Shown in pieces: positions 62,725 to 64,000 of a stretch of DNA of 64,000 nucleotides (the stretch's first letter is position 1; each line of letters opens with the position of its first letter). The notes beneath the pieces are model-generated. The model was not told the DNA's origin. It saw nothing but the letters and a program-made list of their open reading frames with translations, and did not search any database. The translations under genes and the position numbers were made by a program. Origin of the DNA: Diplonema japonicum (lineage: Eukaryota > Protista > Euglenozoa: Diplonemea); the NCBI GenBank assembly GCA_964019335.1, contig OZ025758.1, positions 124,001 to 188,000 on the forward strand, written 5' to 3'.

Positions 62725-63390
62725 TTTACTTTTTTCTTTTTCTTTTTTTTTTTTTTTTTAAAGCCCGACCACTCTCGTAACCTCTCGTAACAGTCTGAGA
62801 AGGACTCTCTTCGCGCCTCATCCACACCTGGGAACACCACATCCAACGATCTTTGGCTGGGTTGCAGGTATTTTAAAAAGGACTAGTTTTTGTGATATAA
62901 TGATGGAAAAAAAAAAAAAGAGTAAGAAGAAAGAAATGTGGGGGTGAGAAAATGTTTGTTGATGTTGAGCATTTATGAAACTAACTTGGGGTACTACGCA
63001 GAGATTTAGGAAACCTTGGGAACCGGATCAGAAACTCTTTCCTCCTTAAAGATAGACCTTGAACATTGCTCAACTTAACTAAGGGGGTGGATTTTGAGCA
63101 TTTCTTTGGTCCCCCCCCCCCCTTTTTTTCCCACAAGGAAGGGATCTACAACCACCCCTCGCAATTCCGTTCGCTTCCGCTCCTGCAGTATTTGGCATGT
63201 TAAAATTTCCCTCAGGAAGCCTCTCCAGGGCCTGCAGAGCGTGTAGCCCCCCGAAAGTCTCTGTCCAGTGACGTGTGGGTATCTCTCAGTTTCGGGTTCT
63301 TGCAACTCCTCCAGGTGTTGTCCTCATCAGGCAAGAGGCACCCTTCAAGGGCTCCTACTAGCGTCTTAGCAGGCCGGAGAGTACCGTTCC

Positions 63391-63432
<42 letters not shown>

Positions 63433-64000
63433 GTCTCGATTTTAGTGGTGCCATGCAGTATGTGACACAGCGGCCACCCTTGTGAAACTTCGCCCCGAAG
63501 CCTCCCAAGTCCCCTGTGGTCCCGTAGAAAGTAAAAGTGGAGAGGTAAAGAAAGCTTGGAAATTGAAATAGGGAGAGGGGCCACAGAAGCAATTAAACAC
63601 CAACTGGAGAGTTGTGGGAGGCTTGCTTCACTGGCACGATGCCGCGGGGAGGCTACTTGCCTGGTGAAGCCACCTCCTTGTTCGATGTAATGGGATAAGG
63701 GACTCTCCGTTGAGGGCGATGCTAACTGGCGCCACGCGTAGGGTGGGCTCTCCACCCCCGTCCAGGTTTCCCCACGTGTACGGCTTTAGAACGAGAGTTT
63801 CCCTTTCGCTTGTGCTTCTCCAAACCACAATTACCAGGAACCACCACAGGGAGGTTGGAAACATTGGTCCCCAAAAAAAAAATCTATGGACAATTTCGAC
63901 TGCTGCCTTCGACCATTCTCAAAAAGCAGGCCACACCCCCTCGACATGGAACGACCCACCCTGGTATAAACACGCACCCTCCTCTTGTACATATTATTTA

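Noticed and set aside
63130-64000. Possible retroelement remnant around the long poly-A run
   Set aside because: No recognisable RT, endonuclease or RNase H motifs in any frame

Overview
Eukaryotic genomic DNA, most likely from a diplonemid (Euglenozoa). The evidence is a 39-nt diplonemid-type spliced-leader exon at 62686-62724, a kinetoplastid-like MAT protein, short GT-AG introns, and every credible gene lying on the minus strand as in a polycistronic unit. The left half is a single intron-less ORF that the ORF track misses because it has no stop in the window: ATG at 32415 running off position 1, at least 10,805 codons. It encodes a giant secreted modular protein with a signal peptide, 3 Ig/cadherin-like domains, 2 bacterial-type C-type lectin domains, 15 vWA domains separated by Cys-rich C..C..CxW repeats, and about 31 EGF-like repeats. 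Moving to higher coordinates, the window then holds: an ankyrin-repeat gene flanked by a duplicated 270-bp non-coding module; a GbpA-like AA10 LPMO fused to two CBM1-like domains; cobalamin-independent methionine synthase (metE); a secreted beta-helix protein; SAM synthetase (one intron); a C-type-lectin membrane protein; a hypothetical protein; a spliced selenoprotein K with an in-frame UGA; a three-exon 5-aminolevulinate synthase whose second intron holds a tRNA-Arg(CCT); an inverted-repeat element; a pseudogene; a KKDRD-repeat membrane protein; a 22-bp minisatellite; and a solitary spliced-leader copy that looks like a retroposed transcript. All calls come from manual translation and motif recognition; no searches were run.
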